A program made the translations under genes and the position numbers. A DNA stretch of 64,000 nucleotides from Eledone cirrhosa. Its lineage: Eukaryota. The stretch spans positions 118,792,001 to 118,856,000 of the forward strand of contig OZ024741.1 in the NCBI GenBank assembly GCA_964016885.1, given 5' to 3'. Each line of letters opens with the position of its first letter. Positions within the stretch are counted from its first letter, which is position 1. Positions 1 to 13,492 of this stretch are shown here, piece by piece. The notes under the pieces were generated by a model. The model searched no databases. It saw nothing but the letters and a program-made list of their open reading frames with translations, and was not told the origin of the DNA.

Positions 1-240
1 GGAGGGCTGTAGGTGTACGTGTGTGTGTGTGTGTGTGTATGTGAAAGCAAGGGTTGGGGGAAGAACGGGGTTGCATGTTCAGGAAGAGGTGTGTGTGGGG
101 TGGGGTGTAGGTCGGAGTGTGCGTGCGTGTGTGGATAGAGGGGTGGGGGGAGAGGAATCCGGAGGCTGAAGGTGTAAATATGTGGTGGAAAGCACGTGTG
201 TGTGGGGTTTAAGCCTGTTGTGGGTGTAGGTGGCGTGTGG
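1..240 (-). mobile_element. Partial copy of the G/T-rich repeat also at 33337-33605 (body of a Penelope-like pseudo-LTR)
   Basis: Near-identical to 33337-33605, e.g. gtgaaagcaagggttgggggaagaacggggttgcatgttcaggaagagg. Confidence 0.65.
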
Positions 241-274
241 GAAAAAAAAATATATATATATATATTATATATAT

Positions 275-501
275 AAGGAAGGAGATGTGGTAAGGAACCA
301 GGTGGACCATAACGGACCAAAGTACTCAATACTTAGGGTAGTAGAGTGGGTAATTTGAACGAGTAGGACCCCGACGGCTGAGCTCAAGCCGTTTCGACTG
401 CTAATTCTGGACTAAAAAAAAATAAAAATTTTTTTTTTTTTTTTTAGTCCAGATTTAGCAGTCGAAACGGCTTGAGCTCAGCCGTCGGGGTCCTACTCGT
501 T

Positions 502-503
<2 letters not shown>
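275..503 (-). mobile_element. Family A fold-back element (hammerhead-bearing PLE/retrozyme-like), copy 1
   Basis: (TA)n on both sides; palindrome ccgacggctgagctcaagccgtttcgac...gtcgaaacggcttgagctcagccgtcgg plus an unpaired ~80 bp tail. Confidence 0.8.
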
Positions 504-534
<31 letters not shown>

Positions 535-540
<6 letters not shown>

Positions 541-740
541 GTCAGGACCGCGACGGCTGAGCTCCTGCTGTTTCAACAGCTAGATCCGAACTCGGATCTA
601 GCTGTCGGATCTAGCTATTGAAACGGCCGGAGCTCAGCCGTCGCGGTCCTGGCTCTTTTCCTATTACCCACTCTACTACCCTAAGTATCGAGTACTCTGG
701 TACGTTATGGTTCACATGGTATCTTACCACACCTTCTTTG

Positions 741-742
<2 letters not shown>
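535..742 (+). mobile_element. Family A fold-back element, copy 2
   Basis: Same palindrome and tail (attacccactctactaccctaagtatcgagtactc) between (TA)n runs. Confidence 0.8.
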
Positions 743-827
<85 letters not shown>

Positions 828-829
828 AA

Positions 830-1090
830 ATACGTAGTTAAGAAAGCCACAACAATGCAGAGGGAAATCTCGAGGTAGGAAGTGAATGATAGATAGGAGA
901 AACAGGAGAAAGTGAAAATTGAGAGAGACAAAGATGAAAACAAAACAAAGATAGAAGGGTTACCGTAGTGGAGATTTAATCCCAATATTTCGGGCTCACG
1001 CCCATCAACGGGGGAAAGTTCCAAAAGGGGGGGGGGGGGGGGAACAGGCCAAGCGGAGAAAGTTGTGATGTCGTTAAGACAGGAATGCCG

Positions 1091-1092
<2 letters not shown>
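830..1092 (-). mobile_element. PLE-like terminal fragment with a degenerate hammerhead-like motif
   Basis: Minus strand cccg-TTGAT-gggc-gtga-gccc-GAAA-tatt-ggga; (TA)n flanks; related to 57155-57196. Confidence 0.45.
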
Positions 1093-1154
<62 letters not shown>

Positions 1155-1669
1155 CGTTTCTGAATTTGTTTAGCAAGATTCTTTATCTGAAATCGTGTGT
1201 TGAAACCGATATTGTTATACTTTGGGAGGGTCATGTTGCCAATAAGAAACACACGCACCAGTTGCTTTCACTTCAATTTATTATATATTTATAAATTTAT
1301 AAATTTACAAATCTACAAACTTATAAATTTCTGGTTGGTTGGTTGGTTCCACAACCAGATAGTTGTTTATATATAGTCATAGTCCTTTCGTCACACACTC
1401 TGTGACCTCTTCAGTGATTGGGGATTCCTTTCTTTGTTTCTGTGCCTTTCCTTTCTTCTATCCTACGCCATTTTGTTTCTGTGTATATATATATATATAT
1501 GACCCTTTTAATTCATACTATGGCTTTCATATCATCAGACATAACGGGTTCTGAATAAATTACCATTTGTTAGATGTGTATATAAAAGAGATAGTGCTGT
1601 CTTCCATCTATTACCTTCATAATAACTTGCCTGCATAAATCAGGAATCAGGACCCATTGCAGATATTGC

Positions 1670-1719
1670 TTTCTTTCTCTCTCTCTCTCTCTCTCTCTCC
1701 CTCTCTCTCTCTCTCTCTA

Positions 1720-1814
<95 letters not shown>

Positions 1815-1872
1815 CTCTACCTCTATCTCTCTCTCTCTCTCGCTCGCTCTCTCTCTCTACCCCTCTCTCTCT

Positions 1873-1945
<73 letters not shown>

Positions 1946-2051
1946 CGAATATATAATAAAATGATATCAATTGACATATATGCAAAACATCTGCAAGATA
2001 TGTGCGAACACACTATCTCGTAGATATATTTTACACACACACACACACACA

Positions 2052-2149
<98 letters not shown>

Positions 2150-2245
2150 TATATATATATATACACATAAATATATATATATATATAAATATATATATAT
2201 ATACACATATATATATACATATAAAATTCATATGTATATATAAAC
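1670..2245. repeat. Compound (TC)n/(TA)n/(CA)n microsatellite
   Basis: Direct reading. Confidence 0.95.
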
Positions 2246-2944
2246 AAAAACCTTTTAAAGACTAATGAATAGATTATTTCCATAAACTTTGAAAATGGTT
2301 CTGTTAATTTATCAGAAGAAACACAAGACAATCGGGAATCGGCTTGAAAATAAACATTTCAGCCTTTCTTTCTTGTTACTTTGATTGAAATTTATCAATA
2401 TCGATGTCTTCTCCTCTAAGGCATCAAAATCGTTATCTTATAAGAATATAATAATAATGCTTCATAAGTGTAATAGAAAAAGAACCATCATATAAAAATA
2501 TTATTTAAAAAAATAGTATAAAATAAGTCTGTTATATTTTTTTATGGCTGTAGTCTAGATTTTCTTTTTATTTCTTCCAGTTTTCTTTGTCTATTTTCGT
2601 ACATCTCAGATTTATTATCAGTATTATAGAATGATTTCAATTTGGTAGCATGACTCTCCTCGTTTACAATAATAACACTCACGTGAAGGCACGTGGCTTA
2701 ATGGTTTGGGTGCTATGTTCACTAATTTACGGTCGTGTGTCTTCGATTTCCAGTGGCATTACATGAACCCTTCATTGATTTTCGATTATTGTAACCTTTG
2801 TCACCCTTATACTATAAGTGATATTGGTAAAGGTATGGACCTCATAGATTTTATTTGTCTCATATTTATGAGCAATGGACCTCAAACTGTTTGTACACCT
2901 GATGCACTCCAGGGAATTTGTTTATAGTTTAGTCGAGGAAGGAA

Positions 2945-3340
2945 GGTACGTTGCTCAGTAGTTAGGGTGTTTGACCCAAAATCATAAAATAGCGAGTTCG
3001 ATTCTCGGTGGTGCGCTGTGTCCTTTGTCAATTGTGATTTTCTTTTCTATCCAACTAGGTGGCATCTTAAGCAAGCTCCTTTTAATATAGCCTTGGTTCA
3101 CCATAGCTCTCTGAGTGAAACTGGGTTGACAGAAACTGTATGGAAGCCCGTCGGATGAACTCTATCTATAATTCAAAGGTCCAGCCTTGTCGTGTTGTGT
3201 CGACCTTGATTCTGTTTGACAATTACATTGAGGTTACACACGTCTGTAGAATACTTACTGATGGAGGATCCTTCTTAATCATCATCATCAAACACTGTAA
3301 AACAGTTATTGGCTCAACAGAAGCTTTTAATGAATGACGC
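2945..3340 (+). mobile_element. Degenerate tRNA-derived SINE
   Basis: A-box-like ttgctcagtagttagg and B-box gagttcgattc; body resembles 45862-46175. Confidence 0.55.
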
Positions 3341-3549
3341 TTATTTATTTATTCTATTTATTTATTTTAGTATTTACGATACGAAAACCAAAATAGTAGT
3401 GTAAATAATTGCAAATCTAGGATCAAATCTTCCTTGCATATACATCTTCGATTTATAACTCGTATCAAATCTAGGGTCAAATCCTGCATATATAAATCTT
3501 GGATGCGTTGAGCTTTCATCGTTTAAAAAAACAAACAAACTTCTATCGC

Positions 3550-3940
3550 TTTCGACAATGAGGGTTTTATTCGATCAACAGAACTGTCTGCTCATGAAAT
3601 TCGCCGGTATGTAGCTGAGCATCCCACAGGCATATACATCCTTGGTGCAATACTCTGGGACATTCAGCGTAGCAGAGTTTGCAATAACATATACATCCTT
3701 GGTGTAATACTCAGGAACATTCAGCGTAGCAGAGTTTGTAATAAGGCTGGCACTTTGAATTACAAGTAAAGTCTATCCGATAGGTTTCCAAACAGTTTCC
3801 GTTTACTCAATTTCACTGACATGGCTTAGGTTGACCCTAGGCTGTGGTAAATGACAATTATTAAAGATTACACACAGTAGGATCGAATCTGGACCACATG
3901 ATTACAAAACGAATATCTTAAGCAATCGTCCATACTGCGT
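3550..3940 (-). mobile_element. SINE fragment with an internal ~58-bp tandem duplication
   Basis: catatacatccttggtg...gcagagtttg(c/t)aataa occurs twice; similar to 27670-27900 and 48680-48990. Confidence 0.5.
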
Positions 3941-4049
3941 TCACAACAATCGTTTTAATGTAATGGATTATTGACACAGCTGGGATGCTCACTTTTTAAG
4001 TGTTTATTTCTAGTATTGAAATAATGTCAGTAATGTTAAAAGGGACGAA

Positions 4050-4790
4050 CGGTCGAATATATGAACCACATTACTTGACTGCTACTTTATTTTATCGACC
4101 CCAGAAAGATGAAAGACAAAGTCGACCCATCTGCTGTCCACACAGAACAAAATGAATAGGAACAAATACCACAAAGCATTTTGTCCTATATGTTTAACAA
4201 TTTCGGTGACACCAGCGATGGACTGGTACTGTATTTTAGACAAAGAGAAAGTAGACCAACAGGATTCGGACTTAGAACATAAAAGGCCATAAACTTAATA
4301 ACACAAAGCCTTTTACTCAACGCTCTAACGATTCTGATAAACCACTGCTACAGAAATAAAAATTTCTAATTTTGGCACAAAGGCAGCAATTTTGTTCGGA
4401 GTGGTGTCGATTATAATGACCCAAGTACTTCACTGATACTTTTTTTGATCGATCCCAGAAGCAAGAAAGGCAAAATTGACAAGGATTAACAAGGATTTGA
4501 ACTCAGAACGTAAAGCATTTTGTCCGACGCTCTAACGATTATGCAAATTACCGCCCTTCACTGATGCACAGATAATGGATTCTGATTTAGGCACAAGACC
4601 AAGAATTTTGCAGGGAAGAGGAAAGTCCATTAAATCGACCCCAGTGTGTTTCCGGTATTTTATTTTATCGACTCCGTAAGGATGAAAGGCAAAACTAACC
4701 TTGGAAAGATTTGAAATCATAACGTAAAGGGCCGTAACTATATACCGCGAAGCAAGTTGTTCGGCGCTCTACCGATACTGCCAATCCCAA
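4050..4790 (-). mobile_element. Cluster of 3-4 tRNA-derived SINEs with a Nin-like central domain
   Basis: Repeated tttatcgacccc..aaggatgaaaggcaaa...atttgaactcagaacgtaaag (reverse complement of B box plus gcctttcatcc..ggggtcgataaa). Confidence 0.75.
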
Positions 4791-5504
4791 CCGTCACCAC
4801 TACACAAATGATAACATCAACAATTGGTGGTGGTGTTGGTGTTTAACTTTAGGTTATCCTTACTGAACTATTCCATATGTTTCCTTCGGAACCACACTAC
4901 CTAACATGTTCTTTATTTTATATTTAAATAAATGTGTGGTGTGACTTAATGAGGGGGAAATTGCTGCTATTTCAAGTGAACACATAAACATTCTATCTCA
5001 CCGACCCCTCACTCCACGCACCCAAATACACACATACTCTTCCTCCAGCTGGCTTGTATCATTAACATTATTACGTCATGGCGACATATGAAAGAATGCG
5101 TGAATAAATGGACACATCACTGTTCAATATATCGAATTTTTTTCCCCATTCTTTTGCATTCGATAAACTGGTAGAGTGAAAAAATAAAAAATCTACTGCA
5201 ATTGAAATATAGATAAAACTTCATACAATACGTATGTCATTCATATTTCATTTGTCTTCGCTGTTTAGTTATCACCACTGACGTAAGTACATACATTCAG
5301 TTGTCTATGAACGATTAATAAATCTTTAAAGCTAAAATTACAGTCCAGTCAGCAGATGTTTTTTTATGCGATGTATCTTCATCGATCTATCGATCTAGTT
5401 TACCACATCTTTACTGAACGAGTTTCTATTTTTTTTTTTTTAGAAAAATATACAAAAACAAAGCCTAGAATCAATAAATTCTAATTTAAATGATTTATTT
5501 TCAG

Positions 5505-5550
5505 TACGTTCGAAAATTGTTACGAAACAAAGAATGGAATTACTGTAACG
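5505..5550 (+). other. Candidate 46-nt exon
   Basis: ttattttcag| ... |gtaagt; two frames open (YVRKLLRNKEWNYCN or TFENCYETKNGITVT); another gtaagt donor at 5283. Confidence 0.3.
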
Positions 5551-5639
5551 GTAAGTTGTTTCTAAATTAATTAGAATCCCATTCAACCATTTTTGTTTGG
5601 TTTGTTTTTGTTATTCGTTTCATCAATGTAAATCTCTGC

Positions 5640-5830
5640 AAATATTTTAAGCCATTTGCTGGTGGTTTCTTTTAGATAATATCTACGAATAGACAAAAGG
5701 GGCGAATTGGCAGAGCCATTAGAGCTTTGGATAGAACGTCTTACGGTATTCGTTTCGGATCTCTGCATTTTGAGTTCAAATGACATCGAGGTCGATAAAA
5801 AAAAACTCCCAGTCAAGTACTGGAGTCGGT
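5640..5830 (+). mobile_element. tRNA/Nin-like SINE
   Basis: ggcgaattggcagag...gagttcaaat...gaggtcgataaa. Confidence 0.6.
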
Positions 5831-6720
5831 TCTTCCTTTGTAGCTCTTTCTCATTTCTTCTCTGTCTCTGTCTCTCTCTCTTTCCATCTCTTTCTCTCTC
5901 TCTGGAAAATATGGCCGCGGTTAGACCTGGAGAGGGATGGGCTCCGATAGGTTCAAATTCTCAAAACGGCCGTGTATCATGGCAGCACATCTACGATTCC
6001 CTAAGAAGTTCAGGGCCCATGCATAGAGGCCTATACGGGAGATATCATTATGTGGCGGGAGTAGAAATGCTTCAATACAGTCATTTCCTGTTATCCCATA
6101 CACCAATCAATACTGAGGCAATGAGAAAGAAGAGACAAGTACTTCAATCATGATGGCAAGTGTCGGGAGAAGAATAAAGATATCCAATAACAAAATAACA
6201 CTAGCGTTCTGCACTTCATAAACCACTCCTCTCAGATTCGTAAAGACACGGGATTATTGCTTGCGGGAGCAGAATACAGAACATCAGATCAATGGATGTG
6301 GCATGAAGGTCCATGTAGCAGAAGAGAGCGTGAGTTGGAAGAAGAGCAGAGGACAAAAGAAAACTAGGGTTACCACTCACAAGAGTAGAGGCAGAGAAGA
6401 GCGGGGATCTAGAGAATAGCAAAGGGAAGAATAGAGCTAGATTCACCACTCCCAACAGTAGAGGTTGAGAAGAGCGTGAGTCTAGAGAAGAATAGAGGGA
6501 AGAAGAGGGCTATAGTTACCACTCACAAGAGTAGAGGTTGAAAAGAGGGCAAATGTCGGGAGAAGAACAAAGGGTTGAAAAGAGTGACGGTTTGTAGAAA
6601 AGGAGAGAACAGAAAAGAGCGATAGTTACCGTTCTTACGACCAGTGACAGAAGAAAGCGAGTGTTACCGCTTACGAGAGCAGTGACAGAAGAAAACGAGG
6701 GTTATTGCTTACGAGAGCAG

Positions 6721-9410
6721 TGACAGAAGAAAGTGTGAGGGTTACCACTCACAAGAGAGGTGACAGAAGAAAGTGTGAGGGTTACCACTCACAAGAGAGG
6801 TGACAGAAGAAAGTGTGAGGGTTACCACTCACAAGAGAGGTGACAGAAGAAAGTGTGAGGGTTACCACTCACAAGAGAGGTGACAGAAGAAAGTGTGAGG
6901 GTTACCACTCACAAGAGAGGTGACAGAAGAAAGTGTGAGGGTTACCACTCACAAGAGAGGTGACAGAAGAAAGTGTGAGGGTTACTACTCACAAGAGAGG
7001 TGACAGAAGAAAGTGTGAGGGTTACCACTCACAAGAGAGGTGACAGAAGAAAGTGCGAGGGTTACCACTCACAAGAGAGGTGACAGAAGAAAGTGTGAGG
7101 GTTACCACTCACAAGAGAGGTGACAGAAGAAAGTGCGAGGGTTACCACTCACAAGAGAGGTGACAGAAGAAAGTGTGAGGGTTACCACTCACAAGAGAGG
7201 TGACAGAAGAAAGTGTGAGGGTTACTACTCACAAGAGCAATGACAGAAGAAAGTGTGAGGGTTACTACTCACAAGAGAGGTGACAGAAGAAAGTGTGAGG
7301 GTTACCACTCACAAGAGAGGTGACAGAAGAAAGTGTGAGGGTTACCACTCACAAGAGAGGTGACAGAAGAAAGTGTGAGGGTTACTACTCACAAGAGAGG
7401 TGACAGAAGAAAGTGTGAGGGTTACTACTCACAAGAGCAATGACAGAAGAAAGTGTGAGGGTTACCACTCACAAGAGAGGTGACAGAAGAAAGTGTGAGG
7501 GTTACCACTCACAAGAGAGGTGACAGAAGAAAGTGTGAGGGTTACCATTCACAAGAGAGGTGACAGAAGAAAGTGTGAGGGTTACTACTCACAAGAGAGG
7601 TGACAGAAGAAAGTGTGAGGGTTACCACTCACAAGAGAGGTGACAGAAGAAAGTGTGAGGGTTACTACTCACAAGAGAGGTGACAGAAGAAAGTGTGAGG
7701 GTTACCACTCACAAGAGAGGTGACAGAAGAAAGTGTGAGGGTTACTACTCACAAGAGCAATGACAGAAGAAAGTGTGAGGGTTACCACTCACAAGAGAGG
7801 TGACAAAAGAGAGCGTGAGGGTTACCACTCACAAGAGAGGTGACAGAAGAAAGTGTGAGGGTTACCACTCACAAGAGCAATGACAGAAGAAAGCGTGAGG
7901 GTTACTACTCACAAGAGAGGTGACAGAAGAAAGTATGAGGGTTACTACTTACAAGAGAGGTGACAGAAGAAAGTGTGAGGGTTACCACTCACATGAATAG
8001 TGACAGAAGAAAGTGTGAGGGTTACTACTCACAAGAGCAATGACAGAAGAAAGTGTGAGGGTTACCACTCACAAGAGAGGTGACAGAAGAAAGTGTGAGG
8101 GTTACCACTCACAAGAGAGGTGACAGAAGAAAGTGTGAGGGTTACTACTCACAAGAGCAATGATAGAAGAAAGTGTGAGGGTTACCACTCACAAGAGAGG
8201 TGATAGAAGAAAGTGTGAGGGTTACTACTCACAAGAGCAATGACAGAAGAAAGTGTGAGGGTTACCACTCACAAGAGAGGTGACAGAAGAAAGTGTGAGG
8301 GTTACCACTCACAAGAGAGGTGACAGAAGAAAGTGTGAGGGTTACTACTCACAAGAGCAATGACAGAAGAAAGTGTGAGGGTTACCACTCACAAGAGATG
8401 TGACAGAAGAAAGTGTGAGGGTTACCACTCACAAGAGAGGTGACAGAAGAAAGTGTGAGGGTTACTACTCACAAGAGCAATGACAGAAGAAAGTGTGAGG
8501 GTTACCACTCACAAGAGAGGTGACAGAAGAAAGTGTGAGGGTTACCACTCACAAGAGAGGTGACAGAAGAAAGTGTGAGGGTTACTACTCACAAGAGCAA
8601 TGACAGAAGAAAGTGTGAGGGTTACCACTCACAAGAGAGGTGACAGAAGAAAGTGTGAGGGTTACCACTCACAAGAGAGGTGACAGAAGAAAGTGTGAGG
8701 GTTACTACTCACAAGAGCAATGATAGAAGAAAGTGTGAGGGTTACCACTCACAAGAGAGGTGATAGAAGAAAGTGTGAGGGTTACTACTCACAAGAGCAA
8801 TGACAGAAGAAAGTGTGAGGGTTACCACTCACAAGAGAGGTGACAGAAGAAAGTGTGAGGGTTACCACTCACAAGAGAGGTGACAGAAGAAAGTGTGAGG
8901 GTTACTACTCACAAGAGCAATGACAGAAGAAAGTGTGAGGGTTACCACTCACAAGAGATGTGACAGAAGAAAGTGTGAGGGTTACCACTCACAAGAGAGG
9001 TGACAGAAGAAAGTGTGAGGGTTACTACTCACAAGAGCAATGACAGAAGAAAGTGTGAGGGTTACCACTCACAAGAGAGGTGACAGAAGAAAGTGTGAGG
9101 GTTACTACTCACAAGAGCAATGACAGAAGAAAGTGTGAGGGTTACCACTCACAAGAGAGGTGACAGAAGAAAGTGTGAGGGTTACCACTCACAAGAGAGG
9201 TGACAGAAGAAAGTGTGAGGGTTACTACTCACAAGAGCAATGACAGAAGAAAGTGTGAGGGTTACCACTCACAAGAGAGGTGACAGAAGAAAGTGTGAGG
9301 GTTACCACTCACAAGAGAGGTGACAGAAGAAAGTGTGAGGGTTACTACTCACAAGAGAGGTGACAGAAGAAAGTGTGAGGGTTACCACTCACATGAATAG
9401 TGACAGAAGA
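6721..9410 (+). repeat. 40-bp minisatellite, ~67 units, with higher-order structure
   Basis: Unit tgacagaagaaagtgtgagggttac(c/t)actcacaagag(agg/caa). Confidence 0.98.
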
Positions 9411-9693
9411 GACCGAGGGTTACCGTTCACAAGAGTAGAGGTTGAAAAGAGATTGACGGACCTGAAAAGACTTAACAACGAAGACTATCACGTATAAAAG
9501 AGCCTGACTTCCAATATCTCAATCTTATCTTACATGTGTATATTTTTGATATGCTTTAGATACTGAAGCATTAGCTAGAGCTGAGTTCCATTGACAATGA
9601 GCACTCTTGCATTATTTTGGGCAGCGTCTTGCGAGATACTTTTAATGAGTAGATATATATATGTGTGTGTGTACCGCGTCCGTATGTGTTTAT

Positions 9694-9727
<34 letters not shown>

Positions 9728-9932
9728 ATGTGTGTTTTTGTGTTTTTGTGTTTGTGTGTGTGTGTGTGTGTACAAAAGAGAGAAGACTTTACATTAGATT
9801 GAACAAACAGAAATCAATAAGACAAGTTTCGTTGGAAATACCTATGTATGACGTATCTAATTAAATTTGGAATAATGTGTGTGCGTGTGTGTGAGTGAGT
9901 GTGTGTGTGTGTGTGTGTGTGTGAGTGTATGT

Positions 9933-9972
<40 letters not shown>

Positions 9973-10245
9973 GTAGGAGTTTGGCATGTGTGTGGGCATG
10001 TACATATGTGTACATGTGTGTGTATGTAAGTATATACAGTGTGTATTTACATGTGTGGCTTAGAAGATATTTATGTTCATGGTTAAGCTGAATGGAAATA
10101 CACAAGAGAATTGTAAATAGGCGACATTCACAGCAATTATACACACACACACACGCACAAACACATACACACGCATACACACGTGTGTGTTTGAGTGTGT
10201 GTGCTGCGTTTGATTGCCTTGAATGTCGCCTATACACACACACAC

Positions 10246-10334
<89 letters not shown>

Positions 10335-10378
10335 TGTATAGATTTGTAAGTATATATTTATATATGCATCTATGTACG

Positions 10379-10449
<71 letters not shown>

Positions 10450-10869
10450 TTATAAATATACATATGTGTGGAAACTATCCAAATAAATTACGTCCCTACA
10501 TTCGACTAAACGTCAAGACTAACCCAAGACATATTGGATGTTTCTAGAATGTTCTGGATTAATGGAAGCATGTTAGAATTAGGGAAGACATGACACTAAC
10601 TAACTACGTTGCTAGGTACTTAACTTCCCTTTGCTCTAGCAGCAACAAGAACTATGTTTCTTATAACAAGACATTAGCATTTTGTTTAATTTTCATACAT
10701 ACTTCTTCCCATATCAAGCATCATTTAACTCTGTTTAAGCATGAAAATACAGTTAGTGCGGAAATTAATATATTTCAACATTGTTTAACCCAAGGCAGTC
10801 TCTTTGATTTCGTCAAACTCAATATTTTACGATTACCATTTTCCAAGACACCGCTTAAAGCCTTTTAAA

Positions 10870-11020
10870 GTGGCGAATGACAGAGCCTTTAAGGCATCGG
10901 ATTAAATGCATTGGTATTTGTTCCGGCTCCCAGTACTCTGAGTTCTAATCCTACTGAAGTCAACTTTGCCGTTTATCTTTTCGAGGTCGATAAATAAAGT
11001 ACCTGAACAGTACTGAGACT
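10870..11020 (+). mobile_element. tRNA/Nin-like SINE
   Basis: gagttctaatcc...caactttgcc...ggtcgataaataaagtacc. Confidence 0.6.
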
Positions 11021-11045
11021 GTCTCAGACCCCTCTCTCTCTCTCA

Positions 11046-11141
<96 letters not shown>

Positions 11142-11843
11142 CTCGCTCGCTCTCTCTCTTGAAGAAATTGACTATATGCCGAATTGAAGTGAGATGCATT
11201 CGACCAGGTTTAAATGTCCAAGACAAGCTGTGTCAGGATGGCCTCCCTACGACTCCATGAAGAGTTAAGGGCTATTTATTTTTTAGTTTACTTTAAGCAT
11301 GAAAATGCAATCAGTACGGAAATTAATACAACGCAACATTATCTAATCTTATTTCGTTCCGTCAAATTAAATATTTTACGGTTTACATTTTCGAAAATAT
11401 TTTGTTGGCTTCTTTATTACGTAAAATAATCATACACCCCCGCCAAATAAACTGATTAAATGTAAATAAACTAAACACATTAATCTCTAGCTGTTGGCTG
11501 TAAATGAGACATTTAGATATTGCTCCATATTAAAGTGCTTCACAGTGGTTCGCTCCAGTGGACACAGGCTGAATAAATACATTCTTCTCGGTATTTTTCT
11601 TGGTGTCATGCGTTTTCAAGCTCAGATTTCAATAATTAAGACGACTGTCATTTTTGACGTCTCCCACCCACGTTCGTATATAGGTATTTTATATTCAGGC
11701 TGACATGAAACTTCAATAGCAAAACAATATTTAGGTACTGTACAATGACACCCTCTAAGTTATTGAACTTGATATTGAGGTCTTTCGATCTATTGAATAC
11801 TCATCGAAATAGTCGTACGCGTGCACACACACACATATATATA

Positions 11844-12030
11844 CGAGGGTCGGCTGAAAAGTTCACTGGCTGACTAAGTTCCTCTCATGGAATAAGCAAA
11901 TGATGTTTATTTTTCAACATAGTCCCTGGAAAGAAATTAATAAGACGAGTTGAAATTAATGCAAGCAAGATTTCGCAGGACTAGCATCACACCTTCATAG
12001 TCAGCCAATGAACGTTTCAGCCGACCCTCG
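11844..12030. mobile_element. Mariner-type MITE
   Basis: TIRs cgagggtcggctgaaaagttca..ggctgacta / tagtcagcc..tgaacgtttcagccgaccctcg with TA on both flanks. Confidence 0.85.
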
Positions 12031-12089
12031 TATATCCGGTTGAGTTAAGAAACATTACGGACATTTGAAATGAACAAAATAATTCTGTC

Positions 12090-12500
12090 TAACATTTGGC
12101 ACAAGGCCAGCAATTTGATGGGAGGGAAAATTCGATTAAATCGACCCCAGTCCACTATTGCTACTTTATTTTATCGACCTTGGAAGGATGAAAGGCAAAG
12201 CTAACCTCGGCGGAATTTGAATACAGGATGTAAAAGACCGCAACTAAATGCCTCAAAGCAAATCACTATGATAATAGTCAATCACTATAGATAATAGTTG
12301 AGAAAATCGATTTTCTCAACTATTATCTCTAAGGGACAAAATGCTTCCTTACGTTCAGAGTTCAAATATCGCCATGGTAAACTTTGCCTTTCATCCTTCC
12401 GGGGTCGATAAAATAAAGTACCAGTTAAGTACTGGGGTCAAAATAATCGACTTTTCCTTTCTCTCGAATTGTTGATCTTGTGGCAAACATTAGCAACAGT
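12090..12500. mobile_element. Two tRNA/Nin-like SINEs in opposite orientation
   Basis: aaggatgaaaggcaaagctaacctcggcggaatttgaa at ~12185 and its reverse complement at ~12360-12420. Confidence 0.7.
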
Positions 12501-12563
12501 TTTTAATCTGAATCGACTATTATTATTCCAGTCATTTACGTAGGGAAGCATACATTTCATATA

Positions 12564-13236
12564 TCTTCTTCTTCTTCTTCTTCTTCTTCTTCTTCTTCTT
12601 CTTCTTCTTCTTCTTCTTCTTCTTCTTCTTCTTCTTCTTCTTCTTGACGGGGCCGTGGGAGCAGAGTCCTTCAAACACTCCTTCCAACCGGTCCTGTCTG
12701 AAACAACCGTCTCCAACTGATCCGGCTGAATCCCCAAGCCAGACTAGCCAAGCTCATGGATATTATCCAACCATCTTGCTCGGGGTCAACCCCTGGGTCC
12801 TGCCGGTTGGTTTTGCCCGTAAAATCTGTCCAGCGATTCTTTCCTGAGACATTCTAACCACATACCCATAGCTGTGATCTCTCAATTCGGAGAAGTAGCG
12901 GCTCTACCTGGAGTGACTCTCTGATCTCCGAGCTATGCAATTTATCGAGTAACAGAGGAACCCCCTTTCAGCCGCTTGCATTCGTGATCATATTCTTTCG
13001 GTCATTACCCAAGATTCATGACCATAGGTAAGGGTTGGCACAAATACCGAATTGAAGATAGCGAGTTTGGCTTTTACAACTACCCCCCTTTTGATTACTG
13101 AATGCTGAAGCTGGCGCATTACTACACCAGCTCTTTCAATTATTGCACTTAATTCAACCCCCTGCCTTTTATTACTTGAGAACACGGCCCAGAGATACTT
13201 GAACTTCTCTACCTGCTTTAGTGGAACTCTATTCAC
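12564..13236 (-). mobile_element. 5'-truncated RTE-clade LINE with (GAA)n tail
   Basis: QVEKFKYL...KLAIFNSVFVPTLTYGHESWVMT and DRTGWK post-RT motifs; ends in (aag)n. Confidence 0.85.
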
Positions 13237-13492
13237 ATGTAGAATGTACTGTGCCGGCTTCCGCGAGAGGACTCAGTTTTTGCAGCACTGATTTATATAT
13301 ATATATTAAAAACATCAACAGAAGGCCGGACTGGAAACTTTACAATCTTGATTCCACGAAAACACTATACATTTCAATGGCCCAGCTTCATCATCCGAAT
13401 ATGATGCAAGACCCATTAAGTTAATATACACTGTGATAGACACTCACACACATATCACCCTTTTGTATGTATGTATGTACGTATGTATGTAT

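Noticed and set aside
6721-9410. CRISPR-like array
   Set aside because: Contiguous 40-bp units with no unique spacers, no cas genes, eukaryotic context
10660-11400. Diverged duplicate at 10730-10850 and 11290-11400
   Set aside because: No termini or coding signal; likely an old local duplication or repeat fragment
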